Part shown: piece by piece, positions 38,450-50,906 of the stretch
Numbering within the stretch: position 1 is the first letter of the stretch
Layout: each line of letters starts with the position of its first letter
Source: Malacoraja senta
Lineage: Eukaryota
Direction of reading: 5' to 3'
Length of the DNA stretch: 64,000 nt
Assembly: GCA_038087875.1 (NCBI GenBank)
Contig: JAXLNO010006153.1
Coordinates: 1 to 64,000 of the forward strand
Program-made: the position numbers and the translations under genes
Notes under the pieces: model-generated
What the model saw: the letters and a program-made list of their open reading frames with translations, nothing else
What the model was told of the DNA's origin: nothing
Database searches by the model: none

Positions 38450-41400
38450 TTGTCTGTACCAGCAAGAAGCACGTGTCATAGCTGTGCCCTGTAATGTAGT
38501 GATACTTGTGTCCACGTTAATGACAGATTTGTAACCACACAATATCTCATTGTAACATGCTGAGAGACCTGTTCCTACTATTACTGTTCTAGTGTTCTGT
38601 GGTGACAGACTCGAGCCCATCAGTACTGAGACCGTGTTATATAGTGCTAGACTTATCCTCATCAATACTATACTTCATTGTGAAAGTGACAGACATGTGT
38701 GCAACAATAATATACCTTAATGTAACATGGAGACTGACCTGTACCCACCCATACTGTGCCATAGTGTTTTACCCAGCAACAGAGCTGTGACCACCCTTAC
38801 TATATCCCAGTGTTACGCAGTGACCATCCTCGCCCAGGACTGTACCTTGGTGTGACATGGTGAAAGACCTCTGCCCATCCCTACTATACCTCAATGTTAC
38901 CCAGTGACAGACCTGTGGCTACCAGGTTTGTACCCATGGTAGCCGCAAAAGACCTATGCCCATCAGGACTGTACTTTTGTGTCACCCAGATACTCCACAC
39001 CCACCATTTCCTCCTCATCCATCGTGCATGTCATAACATCCCAGTAAACTTATCAAGCTCGAGTTCCTTTTGTGCATTTATGTTGACAGGATCAGACAAA
39101 ATCTCTCTTCTCCAAACATTCTTCCCTGCCACCAACATCAAGCTAAACAGTCTACAATTCCCTGTTTTCTCTTTACCTCCTTTCCTAACTAGTGAGGTTA
39201 CGTTATCTACCCTAATCCATAAGAACTGTCCAGAGTTCAAAGAATGTGGGAATTCACTATTTCCTTAAGTTCTGGGATGCAGACTAACAAGGTATGTTAC
39301 TTTGTTTTCCTGCTAATACTGGTTCCCCTCAGTTCCCCTGTCTCACTAGAACCTATGTTCCACAACATTTCAGGGCAGATGTTTGTGTTCTTTGTGAAAC
39401 CAGAGCATTTGTTTAATTAGTCTGCCAATACGTTATTGCCTGATATAAATTTCTCACTGAGCCTTCACTAATATTTTTCTTTTCACATAATACTACAGAA
39501 GCTACTTCAATGTTTTTTAATATTCTCTACAAGCTTAGTTTCATGCTCCATTTTCTCAATTAGTACTGTATCAAAGTGTTACAAATATGACAGACCCGAG
39601 TCCACTAACACATTATTCAGGCACAACGCTTTCAGGCCCGATTCTCAAGTCACATGTCTTACATGGCAACATACCTAGGCCCATCAGTATGGTATCCAGA
39701 CTATAGAAACAAACCATTACCCACTAGCACTATAAACCAATATTACATGGTGTGAGACCTTGCACACTTGTACTGCACTAAATTATTGCTTAGTAATAAA
39801 TCTGTGCCTACCAGTACAATACCCTTATGTTACATGGTGACTAGCGGGAACAATTCAAAGTGTTGCAAAGCGATAGGCTTGTATGTACCAGCATTACACC
39901 CCAATGTAACATGTTGACAAAACTGTACCAACACTGTCTTACTGTTACACAATGACAGATTTGTTCCTGCACCCATGATTCAAAGTGATAGACCTGTCTC
40001 CCAGTACTGTACCCAAGTGTTACATGGTGGTTGACCTGTTCCCACCAGTACTGTATTTTAGCACTGCATGGTAACAACTGAGCCTACCAGTACCACTACG
40101 ACAAACTAATTTCCCCAATACCATAAATGTGTTCCGGTGCCAGGGACAGACCTTTGCCTACTAGTGTGCACCCTAGTGCTACAATTAGTGTCCCATGTCC
40201 ATCAGTACTATACCTCAGTGTTTCATACAATACGATACAACTTTATTTATCCCAGGATGGAAATTGATCTGCCAACAGTCATAAAAAACACAAAAACACA
40301 AAATAAATGCAACACGAAGTTAAAGTCTTATGGTATCAGAGCTATGCCCACCAGTACCATACTTCAATGTAACATAGAACATACTTCATGTACAGCATGC
40401 AAACAGGCCCGTTGACCAAAAGTGTCTGATCCCTTCTACCGCACATGATCTAAATTCCTCTAACCTATACATAACTAAAACTCTGATCTTGTTATCTTCC
40501 AGTTTGAGCGGTCTTTCTATTTGCGCAAAAACAGTTTGAGATAGCGCTATGATTTTTCGCCAGTTCACTCGCCATTCTCCTCTGCTGCGAGTCCACCAAG
40601 TTTTGTTCCGATCAGTTGAATGTCGTAAAAGTTAGCGAGGTTTAAAAAATCTTTAAAATCGCGCATGCGCAGATCGATCTCTTCTCCTGCCGTTCAGCGC
40701 TGCGTGGATAAGTCTCTTCCCCTGTCACTGACCAGGACGGTCCGCCCCTTCCTGCACCATCGCGTCTTTACTGAAGCTGAGGATGGCCGGCGGTGGTTTC
40801 CAATTTTTGGAGGGAACCGAAGCAGCCCAGCCCCATGCAGCCCAGCATCGGAGACCCAGCCTCAAGCAGCCCAGCCCCATGCAGCCCAGCATCGGAGACC
40901 CAGCCCCATGCAACCCAGCATCGGAGACCCAGCCCAGTGTTGGGGACCTGACCCAGCCTAGCCCACCATGGGAGACCCAGCCCAGCGTGGGAGACCCAGC
41001 CCAGCCGGAGTGGGAGACCCAGCCCAGCGTCGGAGATGTCGCCAAACGGAAAGCGGAGACTCTGATCCCGGCGGAGAATGGGATACCCCCCTCTCCACCA
41101 TGGCTCTTCCCTGTCTTTTCTATGAGCTCACTCCCCCCTGCCCACACACACCTCTTCCCCACAACCCCCCCCTGCCCACCCCCCCCTCCCCCCCAACGCC
41201 ATCGGGGATGAGGGGAAATGAACCGCGCCTGCGCAGTTAGGGGCTATGAGTGAGTGGTGGAATATTGCATTGGGGGCATGGTTTGTGTTGGAGGAATGGG
41301 TGAGTGGTGGAATATTGCGTTGGGGAATGGGTTGCGTTGGGGAACCAGGCCTCCCGTGTGACTGGGACCCAACGGGTCCCACTTACATATTCATGTGCCT

Positions 41401-41730
41401 ATCTAACAAGCACCACTATCGTATCCGCTTCCACCACCACCCTGGCAGCGTGTTCCAGGCACCTGCTACACTCTATGTAAAAAAATCTGACCCACACATT
41501 CAATTTAAGCTTCCTCCCTTCCTCCCATAAGCTATGAAAGAGCAGTCAGACTACAGCCAGATATACAGTACACTATATATGTTATACAGCACTGTTGGGC
41601 ATGTGTTGCATGGTGATAGGCTTATGGATCTTGTTACGGTATTTCACTGTTACATAGTGACAGATATGTGCCAATCAGTCTACACTCTAGAATTGTATTA
41701 CCAGATCCACACTCACCAATACAAAGTGTA
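38450..41730 (+). repeat. Decayed ~44-bp minisatellite (approximately CCCACCAGTACTGTACCCCAGTGTTACATGGTGACAGACCTGTG), interrupted by insertions
   Basis: Recurrent cagtact / gtgttac / gacagacctgt words in 38450-39000, 39560-40380 and 41530-41730. Confidence 0.7.
40465..41385 (+). mobile_element. Non-autonomous Helitron-like element with internal GC-rich minisatellite
   Basis: 5' CTATACATAACTAAAA start; subterminal hairpin TGGGACCC-aac-GGGTCCCA at 41363-41381; no TSD; splits a CR1-tail fragment. The terminal CTRR is not visible. Confidence 0.55.
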
Positions 41731-44534
41731 TGGATGTGAACCTGGACTTGGAACCTCAAAGTGGGTCAGATGTGATTCAAGGCTTGGTCTGGTCTCCTGT
41801 TCTCTGCCCCAGAATCAGATGGAAATCACACGGACAAAAGAAGCAACTAGCTGGTGTGTGTGCGAGTGTATGACGGTGGGGGGGGGGGGGGGGGGGGGGG
41901 GGGAGCGGAGAGAGGTGTGGAGATGATTCATCTAACTCTCCACTTTAGTGCCTCTCCTTCAGATGGTGTCTTGGAACTGCTTTTTCAGGGAGCTGACGTT
42001 CCAAGAAGTGGGCAGAAGGGGATCTCTTGTTGCAGGGATGGCGACTGATTGCGAGCAGAATAGACACACCCACAGGCACCCAATTTGAACCATGAACCAG
42101 CAGGACAAGATCTTTACCACGCAAGACTGCAATCACAGGGGTTGCTGAGTTTCAAAATGTCAATTTCCAATTCCCAAAGCCAATTAAGGATGGGTGATAA
42201 ATGCTACTCTTATAGCAGCACTTCAGTGAAGAAAAAATATACATTATTTTATTTCTTCCTTCTGCCCCAACTACTCAATGCTGGTTTAGGCTCTACAGCA
42301 AACAACCTATAAATGAAATAACACAGCATGAATGTAGAATAAGGTTCAATTAGAGCAATTCAGAGGCTGGAAGCAATATGTTTGCAGACAGAAATATGTT
42401 TGTGGCCTAAGTCTAGGCCTTATCCTTCCTTAATATATTCCTTCACTTTTATATCAGATAGGCTCAATTCTAGGAAATCTCAGAATACTCTGTATGACCT
42501 CAATGGCTGCTGCAGATGTTTACTGTTGCTGTGAAATTTTACAATTATGGTTTTAATAATGTTACATTTTAATAAAATCAAAATGATTAAAAGTAATTAC
42601 TAAGTAGTAGATCTGTGATACCAGTCAAGTCAACAAGTCGTGACTGTGTACAAAGAAGACAGTGAGTTTTTTGCAAAACAGTTCACAATGGATGGCTCTG
42701 ATCCTTAAGACCAGCGCATTCAAAATCTTTGCAATGTGACATTATCCACTCCTGTAAAATGTGGCCTTTTAATATTTATCGGTGAATTTGTTACAAAACA
42801 ATTAAGCCTGAAGATTTTCCACTTGCAAAACAGCATTATATGAGACTAAAAGCCAATTACTTTTGCTTTCCTTCAGTTCTTATCTTTTGTAGCTGGCAAA
42901 CTAAAAGTGGCAATACAAAACTCTCCATTGTCCTCCTTGCTTCAGTTCCTTGCTCATTGTTTTCACCTAGGGGCCACATGGCTCTGAAATAAATTTCTCA
43001 CTGACAGACTGTTCTGAAATGATGACCAGCAACTCGTGTTATTTGCAGCATAAAAACACAGATCCCACAAAATAGCAAATCTCAAGTTACTACTTTAATC
43101 AACCATGGACTCTCAGAGAACAAACACAACTTTCACCCCTGCTCCACCTGATTGCACTGGTAATGGAGATTTTACTTCAAATAAACCTCACTCGTGAAAG
43201 AGCTATAAAGCTCGCAAAAAAAATATTTTCCATTAAAACTGCTACAAAACTTAAATGATTTCTGTATATCAGATACATTCCATCCTTGCAGATTTATTAA
43301 ATGTATTGCATGTCAGTTTTCTGGTAAATCAGCTATAAATCATTTCTCAATACTAATTGCAGCTCAAATCAATAATCCTTCTTTCTGAAAACTGCACATT
43401 GACAAAATGTGGCTCAAATTGTCTTTTATGTTGGCAAAAAATCACTCAGAAAAGAAAGGGTATCTGCAATACCCTGCAGTTATTTAATTGATTCAGCAAC
43501 TGATAAGATTGATGGACAATTAACCCTCCAGGTTTATGGAAGCCAAATAAGGCAATTCACTCCCTGTTTTTATTTCATTACAAAATGTGTTTCGCACTTG
43601 TGCTTATGATGTAGAAGATGACCATGGAGTTGATCTGAGGAGATCATGGTGAAAACAAGAGGGTGGGGTTCTGGTTCTGGTACACAAAACTAGAAAGGGA
43701 AAAAAATCAGCAAAACAAAATGAAACAGTACAGAAGTTTTAATAATCATGGGAATAAGACATACCATCGGAAGGCTGGCTAACAATGATTGCAATGTGTC
43801 ACTATAAGAACTATTTTTAATCACGCACCACATTTACAGATAGGATTTACCAGTTGTGTAGGAGGCCTGGTGTACTTGGACCAATCAAATCCATCAAGTT
43901 CAGTTATCATGTCATACTGGTGTTTCCATAAATGTTGTTATTAATATCCTGAAACTAATCCAGATTAATGTTTACAATGGCTACTATGAACTCACCTTGT
44001 GTCACTGTCAGATAAGGAATTCCAAAACAACACAATAACCAATAATAACCATTATTTGTTTCAGTGCCACATTTGTTATGAAGACAAGAATCTGCCAAAC
44101 ACGCAGTTTAAATATAAATCACAGTTGAAGTCATTGTTACATTTGGAAGCTCTGAGGTGATTAAAAAGCATGTGCGGATAAATAATTTGAATCTGCCAAA
44201 TATATCTTTACTTCATTGATATGTAATGCAAACAGGATTAGAATATATATAACTACACTTCCTGCCATTCAACACCCTAAGGAAATAGACACTTAAATAG
44301 ACAATCTCCATAAAAATGAAACATTGCTGCTAACTTACATGGGACTACAAATGTTTGAAAAAGAATTGGCAATAGTTGCATTGGCTGTTGTTTCTGGATG
44401 TATACTGTCACTCGACTTTGAAAGCTGGTTCTAACTTGCAGAATATTATTCCAGATGCTGTGAAATTAACAATTTTTCAAATGTTCTTCTTTTCCCTTTC
44501 TTCTGATATGTACTGTTGCTTAACAATTTGAAGA

Positions 44535-44825
44535 ATAAGAGAGTTGTGGACATAGCCCAGACCATCACACAAACCAAACTGCCTTCCATTGACTCCATCT
44601 ACACTTACACTGCCTCAGCAAAGCCACCAGCATTAGCAAGGACCGGTCTCACCCAGATCACTCCTTCTTCTCCCCTCTCCCATCAAGCAAAATGTTCAGA
44701 GGTTTGAAACTGCACACCTCCAGATTCAGGGACAATTTCTTCCCAGCTGTTATCAGGCAACTGAACCATCCTCTCTCTGTCCAGCTAGAGTACGGTCGTG
44801 ACTTCCCATCTACCTCTTTGGAGTC
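44535..44825 (+). mobile_element. Rex1/Babar-like LINE 3' fragment
   Basis: Translates as RVVDIAQTITQTKLPSIDSIY...TSRFRDNFFPAVIRQLN. Confidence 0.75.
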
Positions 44826-45779
44826 AAGGAAAGAGCGTTCACGTCACGGCCCTGTTCCACCAATCTTTCCACCACTACACACAAGAAGCACAAGACGCCA
44901 TTGTATGCAGATGCCGAGAAGTGTGTTCAGCTCTGGCTGAACAATTTCCAATCTTGTGATGTGGACTCAATAAGATGATCTACCTCTGTAGGTCAAAGGC
45001 ACATCAAACCGCCTGACCCACTGAGTATTTCTAGCATTCTCTATTTCAACATGTGCAAGGTTGCACAAGTGTGGTGTTTAAGGATATTAAAACAAGTATT
45101 TTCAAAATGCCATATCGGTCTATTTATTTCTTTTCTCTGGGAATAAGGTACACACAATAACTTGCCAGTAATCTACAAACAAGATGAAGAATTGACCTAA
45201 ATGTTGCTTGCCAAGTACTTTAAACACCTTATGCAGCAGATGCTAATCTTGCCCTTCATGACAGCGCAGTCATCATCAACAAGGTCAGCTCTGTGGGTGG
45301 CACATACCAACTCTGATGAAACTGGTGAGAGGCTGTTTAACTCAGTATGTTGGCAAAGGTACAGACAAAAAGGGTTGTTAAAATGTGCCTGAATGCTTAC
45401 GATACGAAAAGAGCGCACAACAGCCTCATTGCCTTTAGCTGAAACACTTGTCCCTGCATTCCTTAAACTGATACATTACCATGGATGCCATTTAGAAAGG
45501 TTTAAAATTACTAGTTTGAAGGTATTTGGAAAGAATGGTGACTATCCCTCCCAAGAGCAATTTGAAAGATATTGTAATAAAGAAGTTTTCCCTTCTTTAC
45601 CTATTAAAAAGATGTTCTGCTGCTATTCCACAATAAATGAGGAACTTTCAAGACTAAGCTTAAATTTGGGGTTTTTTAAGTGAAAAATTGGACCAATGTG
45701 CATTTCACATTGTAGAAAATAATGTTACATTGTAGAAAAAAAGTTAATTGATATGAGGTCTGCTTCATTAGGCGAGTGT

Positions 45780-45997
45780 CCAGACCGGACCCACTTACTC
45801 CAGCACTGTGTCAAAACCCCCAGCACCCATATCCATTTATCACTCACTAGACTTTCTACTCACCCTCCTCTCTTCCAGATTTCTCCCCCCCCCCTCTAAT
45901 GCCACAATCAGTCTGAAGAAGGGTCCCGACCCAAAATGTCACCTACCCTTGTTCTCCAGAGATGCTGCGTGACCCATTGAGTTACTCCAGCACTTTC
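45780..45997 (+). mobile_element. Penelope-like 3' fragment with terminal module
   Basis: atcagtctgaagaagggtcccgacccaaaatgtcacc...ttactccagcac. Confidence 0.8.
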
Positions 45998-46844
45998 TGG
46001 AATTTTTTTATATTTTATTCTTCCCATTCCAAATGGAAATTCCATACATTTTGGATTTAAAATTTCTATAGTTACAAAGCAGTACTTCCCACAAGTTAAA
46101 GCTATTCATTGTTCCAAAACAAAATAAATCAAATTCATCCTTCAACAATTCCAAAAGATATCTGCTCTAATCAGATGTATAATCTCTTGACATGATGGGA
46201 AACAAAGGTATTCTCTCTATATCAAAAGATTTCTTGAGGGCCATAGTTTTTTTTTCCCCTAATAAACTAATCAACATTTATCAATTCTCAAAATGAGGGG
46301 CTATCATGTAATTTCTTCAGTATTTGTATGATATGGGAGAGGAAAGTCGATAGTATTAGAACATTAAGTATGCTTGAGAAATATTGTCATTGTCTAAATG
46401 AGTGGGACATCCCAGGTTTATGAAGGCACTACCTACATGAAACTTTATTTTTTATAAACGTTTCATGAATCTCTTGTGGAATAGTTTGCTGCTTCAAAGG
46501 TTGCTATTTAACAGCTGCTGCTGCTACCATAAAACAATGTATCAAATTGCTCAGTTGGAAGCATTTGGAAGCATTTTTGTCCCCACATCGGGGGTTTTCA
46601 GTTCAAATAAAACTAAAACATAATTGAGTAGATAATCAAGTCACTTCCAGGGTGGCTTTGTGGGAGTACTGCATGTTATTAAATGGCATTCCCTCTCTAC
46701 TAAATCCAAGAAGGTAGCCAACAGTCCTGGCTAGCATTCCTTCCCCAAACAACACCAATACCTTTTTAAACCCTCAAAAGTGTGTCTGCACTTCAAAATG
46801 AAACCCATTATGAAGATGCAAAGGTGTTACATGATTACAGTTTG

Positions 46845-47070
46845 CACCCCAGCAGTATGAACATTGACTTCTCTAATTTTAGGTAGTCCTTACTTTCTCC
46901 TCCCCTTCTCAGCTCTCCCTCAGCCCACTGGCTCCACCTCTTCCTTTCTTCTTCCCCCCCTCCCCACCCTCACATCAGTCTGAAGAAGGGTTTCGGCCCA
47001 AAACGTTGCCTATTTCCTTTGCTCCATAGATGCTGCCGCACCCGCTGAGTTTCTCCAACATTTTTGTCTA
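46845..47070 (+). mobile_element. Penelope-like 3' fragment with terminal module
   Basis: caccccagcagtatgaacattgacttctct...ctgaagaagggtttcggccc...; imperfect flanking duplication. Confidence 0.85.
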
Positions 47071-48759
47071 ACATGGATACAAGTTAGTTTTGGCTAAATA
47101 GGGATTACTGTCAGAGAGTTAAGTACCAACAGATGAATAAAAGATTCATCCTTTGATTTTAAAAAATCGGATATTCTAGATCCTTCAGCCCACCTTAACA
47201 GGGTTGAACTCTTTCAACTGCTTTTTTCAATTAAATTTATCATTAACTTAAGATACATCAAATGCATGGAGACATTTTTACTCTTATTCTCCTGAAATGA
47301 AATGTATGAAAAATCAAAAATAATAAGCCCTGCTGTCCTGTGGAAAACATTAGACCTTAAAAACAGCAAAGAGTTGGTGATATGCACGGTTAATGGTGTG
47401 CGACAACAAAGGAAATAAGTGGAGTTCATGTTTATTCGAAACAACATCATGTGTTACAGTGTTACAATGCTACATATACTGTTGCCAGCTGTCTGCCTAA
47501 AGGTATGCACGAGCACTTACTGCTCAATGCTTTCTATGTGACACCAATCTCAAACCTCAGAATACCTTACACATTCCATCGTCCCAGCTAGGAACAGCTC
47601 TGCACTGTGGCACTCGCCCGTGCAGGAGCAATATACCAGTCTTATCTAATCTTGGCAGCTAGTCACACCTCCCTTCATTTATCAACATGGTTACTCGGAG
47701 CATAATCTGTACTTTATCTAATGGCATCATGCCCCAATCAACCCTGAAATGATACAAGCAGCATTACTACAGTTTGGAAGAAATCGAGGATTATTTAGTG
47801 TTCCAGGAAAACTGCAAATGCTATATACATTGCAAAATACAAATAACACAAAGCTGTAAATTCATAATCCATTTACATCCATTCTCCACATAGAGCAAAG
47901 TAGTGCTGATCTGTGTACACAGTAGGGGGAGATTGCATCCGAGTACAGAACTGGTTTATATGATTGCCTACCAGGCATTACTTTTGCTTCCCGGGACTAA
48001 GAAAAAAAATCATTTAAAATACCACCAGAATTGCGAGTCTTTATTTTCCCCGCAATAATAAAAAAGACAAAACTTTTTTTAAAAAGAGTCGTGGCAATCG
48101 TGACACGGGAGAAACAAACACTGGGAAGAAAGCGCTTGAGGGTTAGCTGGCGTTTCCCAGAGCATAGACGCGCAGATGCTGTGAGGGTCTACAAGGGCAG
48201 ACCCGGAGCGGGCAACGACCCCTGGCCATGTGCAGTCCCGTTCAGCCCGCCAGCGGGATGCCAATCCGTACTAAATGCAATCGACCGCCCTCCAAACCAC
48301 ACACTCCAAGAAAAACCTGAAGCTCCCACTTTAAAACAAAATCATCAATACCTCATCCGAACAATAACGACCCTCCCCCCCCTCAGAAATACAAATCCCC
48401 TCGAAGAAAAATCAAAAATCACAGTAAAACTGGAACAAAAGACGTTACTAAACGTAAATAAGCCTCCCATTCTTTACTCGGTCTCGGATATATTTATTTA
48501 AATATTACTTTGGACGCGGGCTGGACTTGCAATTATGATATAATCACAGGAAAGTGAATACCCACAGGATCATCCATCCTTTCGGGACTAAGAGGATGCG
48601 GCGCGTTGGATCGGTTAATAGATGGGTAGATATATTTTAAAAATATATAAATATATATACATTTTTTTCGCCAACGTTATTTCTTCGGAGGCGGTTGTCA
48701 ACGGCGCTGTGTCGGTCTCACAGTAGCCGACGGCGGTGCTGTGCTGAGGACACGCTCAC

Positions 48760-48870
48760 CCCTTGTGTACGGACGGGCTTCAGCTGTTGTGGAGCGCGGC
48801 TCCCACTCCGGCCCCCACTGTCACTGACTGACTTCACACAGTGTAACCATATCCGCGCACTGCATCACCG
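48760..48870 (-). other. FAM53B: Candidate non-coding first exon of FAM53B (5' end runs into an N gap)
   Basis: CpG-rich sequence ending in a consensus donor AAGGG|GTGAGC (GT at 48759-48758), upstream of and on the same strand as the coding exons. No transcript evidence. Confidence 0.55.
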
Positions 48871-49055
48871 NNNNNNNNNNNNNNNNNNNNNNNNNNNNNN
48901 NNNNNNNNNNNNNNNNNNNNNNNNNNNNNNNNNNNNNNNNNNNNNNNNNNNNNNNNNNNNNNNNNNNNNNNNNNNNNNNNNNNNNNNNNNNNNNNNNNNN
49001 NNNNNNNNNNNNNNNNNNNNNNNNNNNNNNNNNNNNNNNNNNNNNNNNNNNNNNN

Positions 49056-50058
49056 GAGAAAGTAGGGAGGGAGAGAGAAAGGAGGGAGGGACAGAGGAGG
49101 AGGGAGNNNNNNNNNNNNNNNNNNNNNNNNNNNNNNNNNNNNNNNNNNNNNNNNNNNNNNNNNNNNNNNNNNNNNNNNNNNNNNNNNNNNNNNNNNNNNN
49201 NNNNNNNNNNNNNNNNNNNNNNNNNNNNNNNNNNNNNNNNNNNNNNNNNNNNNNNNNNNNNNNNNNNNNNNNNNNNNNNNNNNGGAGGGAGAGGGAGAGG
49301 TTGGGGGAGAGAGAGGCTGTGAGTGGGAGGGAGAGAGAGGGGGTGGGAGGAAGGTGTGGGGGAGGAGAGGGAGATNNNNNNNNNNNNNNNNNNNNNNNNN
49401 NNNNNNNNNNNNNNNNNNNNNNNNNNNNNNNNNNNNNNNNNNNNNNNNNNNNNNNNNNNNNNNNNNNNNNNNNNNNNNNNNNNNNNNNNNNNNNNNNNNN
49501 NNNNNNNNNNNNNNNNNNNNNNNNNNNNNNNNNNNNNNNNNNNNNNNNNNNNNNNNNNNNNNNNNNNNNNNNNNNNNNNNNNNNNNNNNNNNNNNNNNNN
49601 NNNNNNNNNNNNNNNNNNNNNNNNNNNNNNNNNNNNNNNNNNNNNNNNNNNNNNNNNNNNNNNNNNNNNNNNNNNNNNNNNNNNNNNNNNNNNNNNNNNN
49701 NNNGAGAGGGAGGCGGTGGGGGAGAGAGAGGAGGGGACGGAGGGGGAGGGAGAGAGAGGATGGGAGAGTGGGAGGGAGGGGGAGTGGGAGGGAGGGGAGG
49801 AGTGGGAGGGAGGGGAGAGTGGGAGGGAGGGGGGAGATAGAGGGGAGGGAGGGGGAGATAGAGGGGAAGGAGGGGGAGATAGAGGGGAGGGAGGGAGGGG
49901 GAGATAGAGGGGAGGGAGGGGGAGATAGAGGGGAGGGAGGGGGAGATAGAGGGGAGGGAGTGGGAGAGAGAGGGAGGGGGGAGTGGGAGATGGAGAGAAG
50001 GAGATAGAGGGGAGGGAGGGGGAGAGAGAGGGAGGGAGAGAGGGGGTGGGAGGGAGAG
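49056..50058 (+). repeat. Polypurine G-rich low-complexity tract including a ~21-nt GGGGGAGATAGAGGGGAGGGA unit; broken by N gaps
   Basis: Read directly: almost pure G/A. Gaps at 48871-49055, 49107-49283 and 49376-49703. Confidence 0.95.
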
Positions 50059-50689
50059 TCACGAGCTGTGCCCCCAGCCCACTCCCAGTACTCGTTGTCC
50101 CGCTGGTAGACCACGTACCCAGGGGAGGGAGGGAGGGCAGCCCGCGTTGGTGATATCCAGGTCTACCTTCCAACTTCGGCCAAGCGTCCGCTGGCCCGTT
50201 CCCCTCCACAGCCCATCTTCCTGCCGCGGAGCTGTCCACTCATTACTGCCAATCGGCTGAAATGAAGGGAAGTAGGTTTGTCACTTCCTGGACAGACGGC
50301 TTCTTCTGAAGCTGTGTGTGCGCTTGCTTTTTCTACACGCGAGGAAAATAAAGTTAATTCCCAATGCGTGATTTACAAACGACCGATGATTTTATTTTGA
50401 TAAACAGCGTACAATGTCAGCTTTATATATTTAAAAAAATGTTTGGTGATGGAAACTACCCCTTCCCCCAGACTGAGTCCGATACTGTCGCGATTATCGT
50501 GCTGGGTGGCGCAAGGACTCAAGCTCCCGACTCTGCAAGAAACAGAGGGATTGAACAACCCCGCCTGTATAAGCAATTGTCACGCCTTTTACACCAGAAA
50601 ATAACCGTGCACAGGTAAAGCCATAATTTATTCAACAATTACTGATGACCAGAAAAAGGTAAAGTGGCAAATACAACAAATACTGTAAT

Positions 50690-50906
50690 TAAGATAGACA
50701 CAAAAAGCTGGAGTAACTCAGCGGGACAGGCAACATCTGTGGAGAGAAGGAATGGGTGACGTTTCGGGTCTAGACCCGTCTGAAGAAGGGTCTCGACCAG
50801 AAACGTCACCCATTCTTTCTCTCCAGTGATGCTGCCTGTCCCGCTGAGTTACTCCAGCTTTAGGTGTCTATCTTCGGTTTAAAACAGCATCTGTAGTTCC
50901 TTCCCT
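50690..50906 (+). mobile_element. Palindromic (fold-back) Penelope terminal module with tail
   Basis: Inverted arms 50691-50777 and 50788-50874 around a GTCTGAAGAA loop; 14-bp TSD acaaatactgtaat (50676-50689 and 50907-50920). Confidence 0.92.

Larger units (their letters stand above)
48090..50620. promoter_or_regulatory. CpG-rich promoter region of FAM53B
   Basis: Local rise in CpG density in non-transposon sequence; CCAAT box at 50249-50254; ETS motif ACTTCCTG at 50283-50290; minus-strand donor-like sites at 48760 and 50119. Confidence 0.6.

Noticed and set aside
40665-41382. Pro/Gln/Ser-rich ORFs with repeated ETQPS
   Set aside because: Open frames on both strands of a GC-rich minisatellite inside a mobile element; no splice or homology support.
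38450-41730. CRISPR-like periodicity
   Set aside because: Eukaryotic context, whole-unit tandem repetition without unique spacers, and no cas genes.
45190-45420. Possible small minus-strand exon with a TTG|GTATGT donor near 45308
   Set aside because: Ambiguous acceptor and no homology; insufficient support.
48695-50239. Long ORFs of 194-472 aa
   Set aside because: Artefacts of N runs and the G/A low-complexity tract.
50163-50243. Short minus-strand ORF MSGQLRGRKMGCGGERASGRLAEVGR*
   Set aside because: It stops after 26 codons. At most it is a uORF in an alternative first exon, not a separate gene.
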